64,000 bases of DNA from Candidatus Ozemobacteraceae bacterium (GCA_965140445.1 OZ223236.1:1920001-1984000); one strand, 5' to 3'; positions 19,253 through 30,813 are shown, counted from the stretch's first letter. Program-made: numbers and translations. Notes: generated by a model from the letters alone, not told the origin.

Positions 19253-22150
19253 ATGTCTGAAACAAACAGCACTGAAAAAATTACTAAGTCAAATGCTTAC
19301 CGGACTTTTGTTCGGTATTTCACCTTTGCTATGCTTTTTGTTCTTCTACCTCTTGGGATATCAGGTTATCTAGCTATTTCTGCTATTCAGCTGGAAATGG
19401 AGAAGGAACAAAAAAATGTAGAAAATTCATTGGAAACCAGCTTGTTGGAAGTGCGGGCAAGTCTTGACGAAGAAGATTTTTTGAGAAAGCTGGGCAATTC
19501 CTTTTGGAAAAGAATTTCAACGGATTTAAATGGTAAGGATAATTATTTAAAAAATCTGGGATTGCTTAAATCTGCTGCAAAAGTAGATCTGGACGCATAT
19601 GTATTTGACAAGTCCGGAAAGCTGATTACTCCACGTAAAGTAAAGCTTCGATCCAGATTTCTGGCTTCAAAACTATGGGATATCGTTAATTCCTCCAAAA
19701 AAGCCGGGAACTTAAAGTTTCAAAAAATCAAAAAGCCAATAAAAACGTTTTTTGGAGACGATTTTCAGATTTCAAAGTTTCTTGAAAATCAGGGTCTTCT
19801 TTCTAGAGTTATTGCAAGGCATAAAGAAGGTTATGTTTTCTGGATAAAATCAAAAAGGCATGATAATTCCGGAATGATTTTGGTTTTCTGGGAAAAGCCA
19901 GATCCAAAGGATGTCTTAGATAGGGTTTTTTATAAAGGCCGATATAATGTTTTCCGGGCTGCCGCTCTAACAAATGAGGAGAAATTCTACGATGTTGGCC
20001 GTAACGCTGTAAACAGGGCAACAATAGATGAAGTCATACGTAAAGCCTCTATTTTTCAAAGACCATTTGAGGAATTAAACGGAATTGTCTGGAAAGCTGA
20101 GCAGCTTGATAATTCCTGGGTGGTTCTGGGCTCAAAATTTGACTCTGATTCATTTGAATCCGCCAGAATTTTTGTGCTTTTATCTATTTTTCTGTTATTT
20201 GGATTGTTCACGAGCATTTCAATTTATTTTCTAAAGAGCGAATCCATAAGGATTTCGATTCGCTGGAAACTTATTGCACTCTTTATGATTGCTGTTTTCA
20301 GCCCGATCGCGGGATTTTGCTTTCTAGGCTATAGATATCTTCAGGATAGGGAAACTACGCTTTTAACTCAGTCCAAAAATAAGAGTCGTAAACTATTGTT
20401 CACTCTGGATGAATTTTTCCAGAACCCAGATCGCATACTCAGTAAAGAGTTTCGTTCACTGAGAGATTTGTCGCTAAATGTATATAGCCCAGATGGACTA
20501 AAAAGTGAGTTGGAGAACCTTGTTGAATCAGGAGAACTAATCACTTATGAAATAAGGTCCACCAAAACCGGGGAGAAGGAATTCTCTGTTTCAGATGAGC
20601 TGTTTCTTGAAGGGATGAAAGAGGTATTTGATGCTTTTTCAAAATATTGCATAGATGAATCCCTGAAAACCAGATTGTCAGACAGTATTGACCCTATGAT
20701 CAATCTTTTTATTACTTCGCCGGAAGCGGGCATGTTCTTTCTGTTTGATCGGCCAGATAACGTTCATAAACTTGGTTTTGGACCTAGTCCAATTTTCGTA
20801 TATTGGGATCTTCTAAAGAAAGAATCCGGTGTTCTGGATTACTTTTTCGTAGCTCAATCCGCATCAAAAATGATTAAAGCTCAGGTCATGAAAAAAATGT
20901 TCGGCTTGTACAGGGACAAAATTTATGAACCATATACTTTGTTAGCAAAGCACAATAGCAGAGGAGAATGGTATCCTGCAAAGCCTGCAAATCAAAATGA
21001 AATCGAACTTTTTTCCCGGAGAGCTTTTGTCAGTGATAAGCCAATCGATTTTTATGTTGATGTTCAGGGAAAGTCTTATCTGGTAACTGGTCAGCGCGGT
21101 AAATACCTGAAGGATTACAGTCTGTTTGCATTTTTCCCTATTGAGCTAATACAAAAGGATTTGAAGAAGATTCGCCAGGTGATTGTTATAGGGATATTGC
21201 TTTTCCTTTCCGTTGCATTTTTGATGGGGCAAATCCTTTCTAATTCCTTTCTGATGCCAGTTTCCAATTTATCGTCAGGTGTTGAAGCGATTAAGAAGAG
21301 AGATTCAACGTTCCGAATTGCTCAAGGCCAGAAGGATGAGTTTGGGGATCTGGCAATCAGCTTTAACAATATGATAGAAGACCTCAAGGAAATGGCTGTT
21401 GCAAAAGATGTTCAGGAATCTCTTTTGCCTTCAGCTATTCCTGAAATTCCTGGGTATGATATTAGCTTTGAAAATAGAATGGCATCCGATCTTGGAGGAG
21501 ACTATTTTGATCTTCAAATCCTTGAATCAGGAAAACTTTTTATTCTAATTGGCGATGTAACCGGTCATGGGGTAAGCTCTGCTCTGGTTATGGCTATGGC
21601 TAAAGCAACTGTTTATCAGGGACTCAAAGAAGGGAAAGATCTTGTTGGTCTATTTACCGACTTGAATGCCGCAATTTATACTTATTTTAAAATTCCACCT
21701 GCCAGGAAGATGATAACCATGTTTGCTGCCATTCTTGATTTGCAGACTGGCGAGGTTGATTTTGTAAATGCGGGCCACAATTTCCCTGTTTGCCTCAAAG
21801 CAAATGGAGACATTGAAGACCTGGTAGCTATTCACTTGCCAATTGGCGCTGTAAAAAAAATGAGAGCATTTGGCATTTATAAGTTTAGACTGGATAAAGG
21901 CGATACAATTATTTTTTACACCGACGGAATCGTTGAAGCAAAAGGTCCAAGCGAAGAAATGTATTCGTATGAAAGATTTAAAGATATGATTAAGGGTTTT
22001 GTTGGTTTTAAAGCCAATGAGATTAAAAATTCGCTTTTTAAAGAGTATTGCAAATTTCTTGGTGGCTGTGAACCTGATGACGACGTGACTCTAATCGTTG
22101 TAAAAAGATTAATTGATGAATCAAACTCTTTTGATGATAACGGTTGTTAA
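19253..22150 (+). CDS. Multi-TM sensor with HAMP and SpoIIE/PP2C phosphatase domain
   Basis: HAMP (DEFGDLA.SFN.M), then GGDYFD, IGDVTGHG, NAGH, YTDGI and DDVT. Confidence 0.9.
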   Translation: MSETNSTEKITKSNAYRTFVRYFTFAMLFVLLPLGISGYLAISAIQLEMEKEQKNVENSLETSLLEVRASLDEEDFLRKLGNSFWKRISTDLNGKDNYLKNLGLLKSAAKVDLDAYVFDKSGKLITPRKVKLRSRFLASKLWDIVNSSKKAGNLKFQKIKKPIKTFFGDDFQISKFLENQGLLSRVIARHKEGYVFWIKSKRHDNSGMILVFWEKPDPKDVLDRVFYKGRYNVFRAAALTNEEKFYDVGRNAVNRATIDEVIRKASIFQRPFEELNGIVWKAEQLDNSWVVLGSKFDSDSFESARIFVLLSIFLLFGLFTSISIYFLKSESIRISIRWKLIALFMIAVFSPIAGFCFLGYRYLQDRETTLLTQSKNKSRKLLFTLDEFFQNPDRILSKEFRSLRDLSLNVYSPDGLKSELENLVESGELITYEIRSTKTGEKEFSVSDELFLEGMKEVFDAFSKYCIDESLKTRLSDSIDPMINLFITSPEAGMFFLFDRPDNVHKLGFGPSPIFVYWDLLKKESGVLDYFFVAQSASKMIKAQVMKKMFGLYRDKIYEPYTLLAKHNSRGEWYPAKPANQNEIELFSRRAFVSDKPIDFYVDVQGKSYLVTGQRGKYLKDYSLFAFFPIELIQKDLKKIRQVIVIGILLFLSVAFLMGQILSNSFLMPVSNLSSGVEAIKKRDSTFRIAQGQKDEFGDLAISFNNMIEDLKEMAVAKDVQESLLPSAIPEIPGYDISFENRMASDLGGDYFDLQILESGKLFILIGDVTGHGVSSALVMAMAKATVYQGLKEGKDLVGLFTDLNAAIYTYFKIPPARKMITMFAAILDLQTGEVDFVNAGHNFPVCLKANGDIEDLVAIHLPIGAVKKMRAFGIYKFRLDKGDTIIFYTDGIVEAKGPSEEMYSYERFKDMIKGFVGFKANEIKNSLFKEYCKFLGGCEPDDDVTLIVVKRLIDESNSFDDNGC

Positions 22151-24964
22151 ATCATCTTCAAGCTCAGAACTTTGGGTGTGATTAAAAAATTCATCGACCA
22201 AAGCTTCTCGTATCTTTTGGGGCTCTTTTTCAATGTTTTTACAGACCATTTTTGCAATGGTATCAAACCCAAGAATTTCACCTGTGGGACTCGCTGCTTC
22301 AGCAATGCCATCTGTATAAAGAATCAGGACGTCTCCTTGTTTAAAATTCCCTTTTGTAACTGTATAAACACTTCTTTTCTTGGAAACTCCCAATGGGAGA
22401 GATTCGTGCTCAATAGGTTTAAACTGATTGTCTGTGGAGCACAAAAAGGGGAATGGATGTCCTGCATTTGAAAGATAAAATTCATTGTTCGCCGGGTCAA
22501 GAATTACAGCACAGAATGTCATTAATTTCCTGTGCTTTAAAAGATCAAATATCATATGGCTGATTGCTTTTAGAGTCGTTGGTAAATCCGGGCTTTTTCG
22601 GGAAAATTTAAAAACCATTGCCTTTACCATTGCTGTTAAAATAGATGAACTAACGCCGTGTCCTGTAACATCACCCAATACAAGAAGGTATTTTTTGTCA
22701 GGTAATTCAAAAAAATCAGCGTAATCTCCGCCAACATCAGTTGCCATATGGTTGAAAAGATCTATCTGATAACCTTCAACTTCAGGGAGACTTTGTGGAA
22801 TTAAGCATTGCTGAACGGCTGCTGCTAATAGCATTTCTTTTACTTCTTCCATCATCTGATTGAATGTCTGTCCAAGTTCCCCTAACTCGTCTTTGTTCTC
22901 AATATGAACTCTGTGGTCAGAGTCTCGTCTTCGGAGGGCTTCTAAACCTGTTTGAAGCTCAGCAATTGGCATCAAAAATGTTTCGGTAAGTAGCAAACCA
23001 GTTAAAATTGAAAAACATAGTATCAGGATTGCTCCTACTCCGATTTGATTCCTCAGCTTGAAAATTTGCCCGCTGATTTCTTCAACCGGAAATAAGCAGA
23101 CAAGATAAACGTCACGCAGCTTTATTCCTGGAAAACATGTGGCCAGATAAAGGTCATTTTGATAAGGAATTGTTGAAGAAACAATTCTTGTTTCCATCTT
23201 GCTGGCGGAAACCATTTTTTCAATCTGATCACTAATTTCTATGGATTCGGGTGTCCACTTTTTGTAAAAAGAGGAGTAGGCAAATATTCTTAAAGCCGCA
23301 TTTCCCAGGGAAAATCGCTCTTTTAAGGAATCTTCAATGTACTCCATTGCATTGTAAGTCGCGCGGGTATTGCCGCCAAAGTAGGCAACTCCATTAACCG
23401 GAGGGGAATAATAGTTCCAATACCAGTATAAGTCGGCTCCTTCGAACTCCATTTGCACTAGCTTCCCAGGCACTTCAAAAAAATGAGTAAACCCAATTAC
23501 AGGGTTTTCCATAAAACTACGCATTATAATTTCGGCCTGAGAGGTATTCAGTTTTTTTCTGTCTATAACTTCAGGGCAAAACTTTTCAAGACATATTTGT
23601 GCCATTGATTTATTAATGTGCATGAATCTTACGTCTGAGCTACCTCTGGAGCTGCTGAATATCTGCTCCAAACTTGGGCCTCTTATGTTTAACCAGTTGA
23701 AAAATTTAGATTCTTTATCGACTCCAATGATTTCTTTTATCTTGGAATCAAATCCGGTCCAGTTATTAGTGTTCTTGCCCTGCCAACTTCTGTCATTGAA
23801 TAGCTTTTCAAAACTATGCAGGATTTCATTTTCTTTCTTGGAAAAGTCAGAGTCTATTTTATAAAGCAGATCTTTAATTGATTTAAGCGCATCGTTTTCC
23901 AGAACCTGCCTTCTATTTTCCAACCCCATTGTGCTCAAGAGATAGAGGCCTGCAAGTGGGAAATAAACTGTGAAAATGAAGATTGCCACCAGCTTATAGC
24001 GTATGGAAATCCATATTCCGGATTTCATGAAAATTATTCGGAAAAGTATAAAAGCTAAAACAATCGCGAGGATTGAAGAAAAAAGCAAAATTCCCTTTTT
24101 TAAATTCTCTCTTAATAAAAAGTCGAACTTTTCCCCAATAACAAGCGTTAGGGTGTCGGTTTTTCTTTTCGCCCATACCATATCATTAAATAGTAATGTT
24201 TCAGAATTTTCTGAAGTCATTTTCTGGATCAGGCTTTCTGGATCGGTATTCTGATCTATTGGGAAGATTTTGTATCCTGTATTTTTTGAATGATAGGCAA
24301 TTGTGGGAAGCTTATAGCCATAGTTTTTTTCATAGCTTGGAATAAGATTTTCCGCAGGAATAACCTTATTAGAAAATATTAAAACGCCTGCCAGAGAATT
24401 TGGGTCTTCCATGGAGTAAAGCAAATTTTGCTTGTTACTTTTCCAACTGCTTATGACTTTCTTTGAAGTATTTCTAAAAGTTTGAGGGTGGAATCTTTTT
24501 CCCATAACTTTGGCAATTGCCGCACGCATGGCTTTGTAATTGGATTCTTCGTAAACCTCAAACTTATATTCCCAGAGATAGATAAAGACTTCTAATAAAT
24601 CCGGACTTACTCCGTTGTGAAATAATATCTCTCCGGAATCATCAAAAATGGCGAACTCAAATTTTGTTTCATATTTTGCGCATACGGAATCATATGCTTT
24701 AAAAATTTCATCTTTGTTTTTAAAATTGGACGCTGAAGCTGTGGCGCTAAACTCATTATATGGCTTTTCATTAAAACTTGCTGGCTCAAGATCAGTCAGA
24801 ATGTTTTGATTTTGGTTTAGTAGTTTTTTTCCGAGAAGTTCAATCTCATGTTTTTCAGAATCATCTAGTATTTGAAAAGCTACAAGAAGGCTTATAGAAA
24901 GAGGCAACAGAATAAATAAAATTAGAAAAAAAACAAAACTGTAAAATTGAGTCCTGTTTTTCAA
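22121..24964 (-). CDS. Multi-TM sensor with HAMP and SpoIIE/PP2C phosphatase domain
   Basis: HAMP (DELGELG.TFN.M), then GGDYAD, LGDVTGHG, NAGH, YTDGI and DDLT. Confidence 0.9.
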   Translation of the reverse strand: MKNRTQFYSFVFFLILFILLPLSISLLVAFQILDDSEKHEIELLGKKLLNQNQNILTDLEPASFNEKPYNEFSATASASNFKNKDEIFKAYDSVCAKYETKFEFAIFDDSGEILFHNGVSPDLLEVFIYLWEYKFEVYEESNYKAMRAAIAKVMGKRFHPQTFRNTSKKVISSWKSNKQNLLYSMEDPNSLAGVLIFSNKVIPAENLIPSYEKNYGYKLPTIAYHSKNTGYKIFPIDQNTDPESLIQKMTSENSETLLFNDMVWAKRKTDTLTLVIGEKFDFLLRENLKKGILLFSSILAIVLAFILFRIIFMKSGIWISIRYKLVAIFIFTVYFPLAGLYLLSTMGLENRRQVLENDALKSIKDLLYKIDSDFSKKENEILHSFEKLFNDRSWQGKNTNNWTGFDSKIKEIIGVDKESKFFNWLNIRGPSLEQIFSSSRGSSDVRFMHINKSMAQICLEKFCPEVIDRKKLNTSQAEIIMRSFMENPVIGFTHFFEVPGKLVQMEFEGADLYWYWNYYSPPVNGVAYFGGNTRATYNAMEYIEDSLKERFSLGNAALRIFAYSSFYKKWTPESIEISDQIEKMVSASKMETRIVSSTIPYQNDLYLATCFPGIKLRDVYLVCLFPVEEISGQIFKLRNQIGVGAILILCFSILTGLLLTETFLMPIAELQTGLEALRRRDSDHRVHIENKDELGELGQTFNQMMEEVKEMLLAAAVQQCLIPQSLPEVEGYQIDLFNHMATDVGGDYADFFELPDKKYLLVLGDVTGHGVSSSILTAMVKAMVFKFSRKSPDLPTTLKAISHMIFDLLKHRKLMTFCAVILDPANNEFYLSNAGHPFPFLCSTDNQFKPIEHESLPLGVSKKRSVYTVTKGNFKQGDVLILYTDGIAEAASPTGEILGFDTIAKMVCKNIEKEPQKIREALVDEFFNHTQSSELEDDLTTVIIKRV

Positions 24965-24983
24965 AAAAAATGCCCCTTCTAAT

Positions 24984-25019
24984 AAATGTCCGAGCTGCTT
25001 TTATGCAGCTCGGACATTT
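24984..25019 (-). terminator. Hairpin/terminator after recA
   Basis: AAATGTCCGAGCTGC-6 nt-GCAGCTCGGACATTT, a perfect 15-bp inverted repeat 9 bp after the recA stop. Confidence 0.75.
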
Positions 25020-25028
25020 TGTTAAACG

Positions 25029-26093
25029 TTATTTTTTTGTGGTTTTTTTCTTTTCTTCTGGAGCTTCTTCAGCTTTAGCGGCGGCTGCAGGAAGCATTCC
25101 CAGTGCGGTTTTTACTTTAAGAATTATTTCACCAAAAATATCTGGGTTATCCTTAAGGAACTGCTTGGTGTTTTCTCTTCCCTGGCCCATTCTTACATCA
25201 CCGTAAGAATACCATGAACCAGCTTTATTAATTATTGAAGCTTTTTCTGCTAGCTCAAGAACTTCGCCCTCAGTGGAGATTCCTTCACCAAAAGTCATGT
25301 CGAATCTAGCTTTTTTAAATGGAGGAGCAACTTTATTTTTTACAACCTTCACTTCAGTAACATAACCCACAGGATTGTCACCATCTTTAATCTGGTCTTT
25401 TCTTCTGATGTCCAATCTTACTGAAGAAAAGAATTTTAGAGCGCGTCCACCAGGAGTGGTTTCTGGATTTCCAAACATAACACCAATTTTTTCACGAATC
25501 TGATTGATGAAAATACATACACATCTGGACTTGCTTATAACTGGTGTAAGCTTTCTCATTGCCTGGGACATAAGTCTGGCTTGAACTCCAACTGAAGCAT
25601 CACCCATGTCTCCATCAATTTCAGATTTGCTTGTCAAAGCTGCAACAGAATCTAATACGATACAATCAATTGCATTACTTCTAACCAGCATTTCAGTAAT
25701 CTCAAGAGCTTCTTCGCCACTGCTGGGCTGAGCAATTAAAAGATTTTCTGTGTCTACGCCCAGTTTTTTTGCATAAGAAGGATCAAGAGCATGTTCAACA
25801 TCTATGAATGCTGCCTGACCACCCATTTTTTGTGCCTGAGCAATTACGTGAAGGGTAAGGGTTGTTTTACCAGATGATTCTGGGCCATAAACTTCTATAA
25901 CACGTCCGCGTGGAAGTCCATTTACTCCGAGAGCATAATCAAGGGCTAAAGATCCGGTTGGAATTGCCTCAACATGAAGGTGTTTTGAACTGCCAAGGCG
26001 CATTACCGCACCTTTACCGTATTGTTTCTCAATATTAGAAATCGCCATTTCAAGGGATTTTTGTTTTTCTGATGTTTGTTTTGGGTCAGCCAC
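25029..26093 (-). CDS. recA: Recombinase RecA
   Basis: [26 protein letters not shown] and [14 protein letters not shown] at 26093 with an AGGAGG RBS is preferred over the ORF-track start at 26150. Confidence 0.99.
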   Translation of the reverse strand: MADPKQTSEKQKSLEMAISNIEKQYGKGAVMRLGSSKHLHVEAIPTGSLALDYALGVNGLPRGRVIEVYGPESSGKTTLTLHVIAQAQKMGGQAAFIDVEHALDPSYAKKLGVDTENLLIAQPSSGEEALEITEMLVRSNAIDCIVLDSVAALTSKSEIDGDMGDASVGVQARLMSQAMRKLTPVISKSRCVCIFINQIREKIGVMFGNPETTPGGRALKFFSSVRLDIRRKDQIKDGDNPVGYVTEVKVVKNKVAPPFKKARFDMTFGEGISTEGEVLELAEKASIINKAGSWYSYGDVRMGQGRENTKQFLKDNPDIFGEIILKVKTALGMLPAAAAKAEEAPEEKKKTTKK

Positions 26094-26188
26094 TAGTATG
26101 TGCCTCCTGAATTTTTTTGATAGAATAGCATAATAAAGAATCAAATACAAAAAATGTGGGCTTTGGAAATGCTGTCTAATAAAGGAAC

Positions 26189-27361
26189 TTGGTGATGAAT
26201 GAAAAAAAATATTCGGATGTAAAAATTTTGGGAATGATGAGTGGTACCAGCGGTGACGGCATAGATGGTGCGCTGGTAAAATTCACATCCGAGGAGCATT
26301 TTAAATTAATCTGGCACAAGCATTTTCCCTTTTCTGAAGCGGAAAGAAAACACATATTAAATCTCCAGGAAAACCCGGATATTAAACAAATTGTATTGGG
26401 TAATAGTTTTATTGCAAAACTTTACGCTGAAGCCTTTAATAGCTTTATTGAGACTGATTCTGATAGACCAGATTTTATCGCTGCCCACGGACAAACGATA
26501 GCGCATTTTCCCGATCCTGAAAATGTATGTGGAAGAAAAGTTTCAGGAACTCTTCAATTGCTGGATGGATGTGGTCTTGCTGAGTATTGTAATGTTGGGG
26601 TTATTTCAAACTTTAGGGCTAGAGATATGGCACTGGGAGGGCAGGGTGCTCCGCTGGTTCCTTTTGCTGATAAGCTCTTTTTTTCCAGAAATTTTACCGA
26701 GTTAGCTGTCATAGTTAACCTTGGTGGCATTGCAAACATTACGGTTCTGGAAAAAGAAATGGGAAAAGTTTCCGTTAAGAGTGCTTACGATGTGGGACCA
26801 GCAAATATGCTTATGGATAATTATATTCAAAGGATAAGCAATGGAGAGTCCAGATATGATAAAGGCGGGAAAATGGCATCCAGTGGAATTGCAAATCAGG
26901 AATTGGTAAGACTTGCTTTATCTAATCCTTTCTTTTCCAGAAAGCCACCAAAGTCAACTGGTAGAGAACTTTTTGGCGACGAATTTCTTGATAGTATTTT
27001 ACAAAAGTTCAATCTTGAAACTCCTGAAAATATTATGGCAAGTTTATTGGAAATAACAGCGCAGAGCTTATTGAACGCAATTGATCAAGAATCCCAAGAT
27101 GAGAAAAAAATTGATTTGATCGCAATTGCTGGTGGAGGAGCGCTGAACGATTGTCTGGTAAATCGTTTAAAACACGCCTTAGCTGAAAAAGTTAAAATTG
27201 TTCTTTCGGATGAGCTTGGAATCCCGGTAATGGCAAGGGAAGCAATGGCTTTTGCTGCTCTGGGTTATGCTTTTGTTAATCAGATGCCATCTAATGTAAT
27301 AGCTGCTACTGGAGCTGATAAAGAGGTTGTTTTAGGGGAATGGCACCCTGCTTATAAATAG
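26189..27361 (+). CDS. anmK: Anhydro-N-acetylmuramic acid kinase
   Basis: [37 protein letters not shown] and PPKSTGRE.F. Confidence 0.93.
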   Translation: MVMNEKKYSDVKILGMMSGTSGDGIDGALVKFTSEEHFKLIWHKHFPFSEAERKHILNLQENPDIKQIVLGNSFIAKLYAEAFNSFIETDSDRPDFIAAHGQTIAHFPDPENVCGRKVSGTLQLLDGCGLAEYCNVGVISNFRARDMALGGQGAPLVPFADKLFFSRNFTELAVIVNLGGIANITVLEKEMGKVSVKSAYDVGPANMLMDNYIQRISNGESRYDKGGKMASSGIANQELVRLALSNPFFSRKPPKSTGRELFGDEFLDSILQKFNLETPENIMASLLEITAQSLLNAIDQESQDEKKIDLIAIAGGGALNDCLVNRLKHALAEKVKIVLSDELGIPVMAREAMAFAALGYAFVNQMPSNVIAATGADKEVVLGEWHPAYK

Positions 27362-27363
27362 GG

Positions 27364-28653
27364 TTATCGTAAGAAATCAACCTGCATAATTCTGCAGGTA
27401 ATGTTCTCGAATTCATTTAGAGTTATATCGCTTGGAACTTCTATGGATAGAGTTTTTTCCTGCTGCTCGAAGAGACGACCACTCCTGATTAATTTAGTTA
27501 AGAAGCTCTTTTCTGTCCCGTTTAAGTATTGAATATCGATTTTTGCAATTGCCTGTTTAATTTGAAGTTTGGTCAGATTTTTACAATAAACACGCAATTC
27601 TTTTTGACTGAGTTTTGGGTCTATTTCCAATTTAAGGATCTTTTGAACTGTTCTATCAAGGATATCGTTCCAAAGCAATTTAACAGGGGAATCAATGGCA
27701 AAGCTCTTAATGTATTGTTTGTGAAGTTCAATTACTTCAGGATAGAATCCTCGGTTTTCCATTACCATTGCCACTGGAATAAGCCACTGCGGGGAAGTAG
27801 TTCGGAAAAACTCTGACAGACAATCACCTAGAATGACTGGCTCAGTATCTCTCATTTCAGCTTGTTTTATCAAATTTGGCAAACTGAATCTACTGGCTTG
27901 AGATGCCAGAGAATTGTCGTAAGCTTCCGCTGATGGTTTTATTTTCATGGCCAGATCTACCCAATCCTGCAGGGTAATAGAAAAAATTGGATCGTTATAG
28001 GAAAACTCAAAATATCCAGGTCCGTTGGTGCGAAAAACTCTCCCTAAATAACCCTTATTGCCTGGAGTAGGGAAAATGAATCCTCGATTATGCGCGTCCC
28101 ATCGGGCTTCAAAAATTTTGCCGTTTATCCCCTCATTTGCAAAAAGGTGCGCTTTAAAGGTCAGGCGAATAGGGTGCCAGGTCGCTCTCAAAACAGTTTG
28201 CATGAACTTTAACATTGAGGTTGGTAGAAAAAATCTTACAAGTCCGGTTGGAGAATACTTCAGTTTTTTAGGATTATCCAGTGCAGCAATTTCAATTGAC
28301 CTTGAAACTCTTCTCGGCTCAGGCCGGAATTCACATGAGTTGTCGTTAACTCTTACAGGGGTATAAGATTCTGGAATTCTGAAAGTGACACCATTAATAT
28401 TTACTTTGTAAGTTGGGGGAACTAATTTTGATCTCACCAGGCTTATATTGTCTGGAGGCGAAAGAAAAAGCTCACGAGGGATTTTTAAATTCTCAACCAG
28501 ATGGTTTCTGACAACAATTGGCAAAATAATAAACAGAAGAAAAGGGACAAACAAAACAACTGCTATAATCAAGCCCTTTTGCAAGGGAGTAAAGCTGTCT
28601 TCCTCATTGGGCTGCCATTGCTTTTTTGTTTTTGCGGGCTTGCTCTCAGACAT
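27364..28653 (-). CDS. Hypothetical protein with an N-terminal membrane anchor
   Basis: 429-aa ORF with a single TM helix, coupled to the upstream gene. No family recognised. Confidence 0.7.
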   Translation of the reverse strand: MSESKPAKTKKQWQPNEEDSFTPLQKGLIIAVVLFVPFLLFIILPIVVRNHLVENLKIPRELFLSPPDNISLVRSKLVPPTYKVNINGVTFRIPESYTPVRVNDNSCEFRPEPRRVSRSIEIAALDNPKKLKYSPTGLVRFFLPTSMLKFMQTVLRATWHPIRLTFKAHLFANEGINGKIFEARWDAHNRGFIFPTPGNKGYLGRVFRTNGPGYFEFSYNDPIFSITLQDWVDLAMKIKPSAEAYDNSLASQASRFSLPNLIKQAEMRDTEPVILGDCLSEFFRTTSPQWLIPVAMVMENRGFYPEVIELHKQYIKSFAIDSPVKLLWNDILDRTVQKILKLEIDPKLSQKELRVYCKNLTKLQIKQAIAKIDIQYLNGTEKSFLTKLIRSGRLFEQQEKTLSIEVPSDITLNEFENITCRIMQVDFLR

Positions 28654-29795
28654 TACAAACCATCTGCTTCTTCTGGTGTTTCTTCAAGGTCCTGAAGATT
28701 AGAATTTACGTTTTCAATTATATTGGAGTTTGGAAACTCTTCTTTTATCTGATTGTAAGTAGCCACAGCTTCTTCTATCTTGTTAAGAGCTGTTAATGAT
28801 TCTGCTTTTATGAAAAGAAATTTATCACGTAATTTTGATTTTGAGTTTGCGGAAGGGTGCTTTTCCAGCATTTCCAATGCCGTTTCCCAGTTGTTGCAGT
28901 TTATTTGATTGTAAACGTCAATCAATAAAGAAAGAGCTTCTGGATTTTCGAGATTATCAGAAATCAGTTCTATTTCCTTTTGAGCATTATCTGTTCTTTG
29001 ATTTTGCTCAAATTCCAGAACGATTTTTTCATAATATTTTAAAGCGCTTTTAAAATCTTTCGAGAATTTTTTTGATTCAGCTTCTAGAAAAATTGCTTCA
29101 ATTGCTGCTTCTTCTGTTATATCACCAGTTGAAGAGGCGATTGCCTGCTCAGCAAAATTAAAAGCTTCAAAATACTTACCTTCATTAAAAGCCAGGCTGG
29201 CTTTATTTAAGAGAACATTGAAGTGACTATCTTCAGTAAACTTTTCTTCGCCTTCTACAAGATTTTCGCCAGAAATACGATAGAATCTCATTCTATAAAG
29301 ATCCGGAGGACCGTAATCGAAATAGGAGATCATATATTTGGCACACAGAGATTGTTCTGAATTTGTGGTAGCGATAATGACTCTTCTGCATATTAAAGGA
29401 TTCGCATCCTGCAAATCGGCAGGGAAAATCCGTTTTATTTCATTTTTTGCGCTATAAATTACAGGAATACAATCAATTCCGTCAGGATGCTTAAAAACAG
29501 CGATAATTTCCGGAATGTTGTCTGAGTCTAGATCTGCTTTCAACAGAGAATGGGGAACATATCCATCGAAAGTATCTAAAACTTCCCTCAGACCTCCAGC
29601 CTTTTCGAGGAGTGTTTGAGAGGATTCAACTACTCCATCTTCGCTCAAAACAATTTTGAAGAGTCCTTTGCCCTGAAGCTCTGTGGACAATTCTCTTTTT
29701 TCCTGTCCTGAAAGAATTTGTGAAAAAAGGCAAAATCCTGCCAGAATTAACAAAACTGGCAGTTTGTAGTTTGTCTTTTTTAAAATCTTTGTCAT
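28653..29795 (-). CDS. Exported TPR-repeat protein
   Basis: Signal peptide and C-terminal TPR-like helices (A..YYEKIV..F, EA...YNQI..EFPNS). Confidence 0.7.
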   Translation of the reverse strand: MTKILKKTNYKLPVLLILAGFCLFSQILSGQEKRELSTELQGKGLFKIVLSEDGVVESSQTLLEKAGGLREVLDTFDGYVPHSLLKADLDSDNIPEIIAVFKHPDGIDCIPVIYSAKNEIKRIFPADLQDANPLICRRVIIATTNSEQSLCAKYMISYFDYGPPDLYRMRFYRISGENLVEGEEKFTEDSHFNVLLNKASLAFNEGKYFEAFNFAEQAIASSTGDITEEAAIEAIFLEAESKKFSKDFKSALKYYEKIVLEFEQNQRTDNAQKEIELISDNLENPEALSLLIDVYNQINCNNWETALEMLEKHPSANSKSKLRDKFLFIKAESLTALNKIEEAVATYNQIKEEFPNSNIIENVNSNLQDLEETPEEADGL

Positions 29796-29802
29796 TAAGA
29801 GC

Positions 29803-30813
29803 TTAGCCTTTTTGAGTTTTTACAAACTCAGCCATTTGAACTTTTAGCTTACTTATTGCTTCTTCTGCAACCTGATCGAGTGGCTCGTTTTTATTGCATC
29901 CGGAAGCTGGTATATGTCCACCACCGCCCATAGAGACAGCAACTTCTTTTACGTTAAACCCGCCTTTAGATCTGAATTCACAAAACGAGCTTTTTTCCGC
30001 GTTTTCAAATATTGTAACACTTGCTATAACACCTTCCATAGAAGTCATGGTGTTAAAAATCCCGCTTCCAAAAACATTTCCAAATCCTGCATTTAAGCTT
30101 TGGAGTGTTTCCCAGGAGATTTTTAAGGTCGCTAATTTTCCATCAGCTTCGAGCTTGAAGTTTGAAAGTCCATAGCCTTGAACTCTAAGGTCGGCTTCAG
30201 CGCGGCTGCAATTCAATGTGTTAAGAATTGGTGTCGTATCAACTCCAGTCCTTAAAAGAGTTGCAGCGGCAAGGTGTGCAGTGTGTCTAAGCCCTTCATT
30301 CTGGAAAAACCTTGAATCGGTTAGTAAGCCAAGAAATAAGCTAAGAGCAACATCCGTATCAATTTCTATTTTACAGTGGTCTAACAGGGCAACAATCATT
30401 TCGCAAGTAGATGAAGCAGAGGTATCAACATAATTAATATTACCAAAATTGGTATTGCTTGCATGATGGTCTATGTTTACTACTACTGGATCAGAGCTCT
30501 TGTGTTTAAATGTTAGCCCGGTTCTACATTCATCTCCCGAATCCAGAATGAAAACGGCGTCGTGATCGGTTTCAATTTCCGGGCCGCGAAGATATTCCTG
30601 ATCTGGAAAGGTAAAGGCAAAATTTTCCGGGATTTTGTCCAGAAAAGCTATGTCTACCTTCTTGCCATATTTTCTCAGGGCTTTTACAAAGCCACCAACA
30701 GAACCAGTTGCATCGCCATCTGGACGCATATGACCAGCTACAAGAAATCTTGAACCTTTATCTATAAGTGTTTTTAGTTGATTAACTACCTCAACCAGAT
30801 TACTGGGTAGCAT
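29803..30813 (-). CDS. Second DHH-DHHA1 phosphoesterase
   Basis: H.RPDGDA.GS, ILDSG, IDHH, TDS..F and GGGGH..ASG. Start uncertain (ATG 30813 chosen; ORF track gives 30837). Confidence 0.88.
   Translation of the reverse strand: MLPSNLVEVVNQLKTLIDKGSRFLVAGHMRPDGDATGSVGGFVKALRKYGKKVDIAFLDKIPENFAFTFPDQEYLRGPEIETDHDAVFILDSGDECRTGLTFKHKSSDPVVVNIDHHASNTNFGNINYVDTSASSTCEMIVALLDHCKIEIDTDVALSLFLGLLTDSRFFQNEGLRHTAHLAAATLLRTGVDTTPILNTLNCSRAEADLRVQGYGLSNFKLEADGKLATLKISWETLQSLNAGFGNVFGSGIFNTMTSMEGVIASVTIFENAEKSSFCEFRSKGGFNVKEVAVSMGGGGHIPASGCNKNEPLDQVAEEAISKLKVQMAEFVKTQKG

Noticed and set aside
26094..26190. LexA/SOS box upstream of recA
   Set aside because: Neither CTGT-N8-ACAG nor GAAC-N4-GTTC is present; a lineage-specific box cannot be judged from this window.
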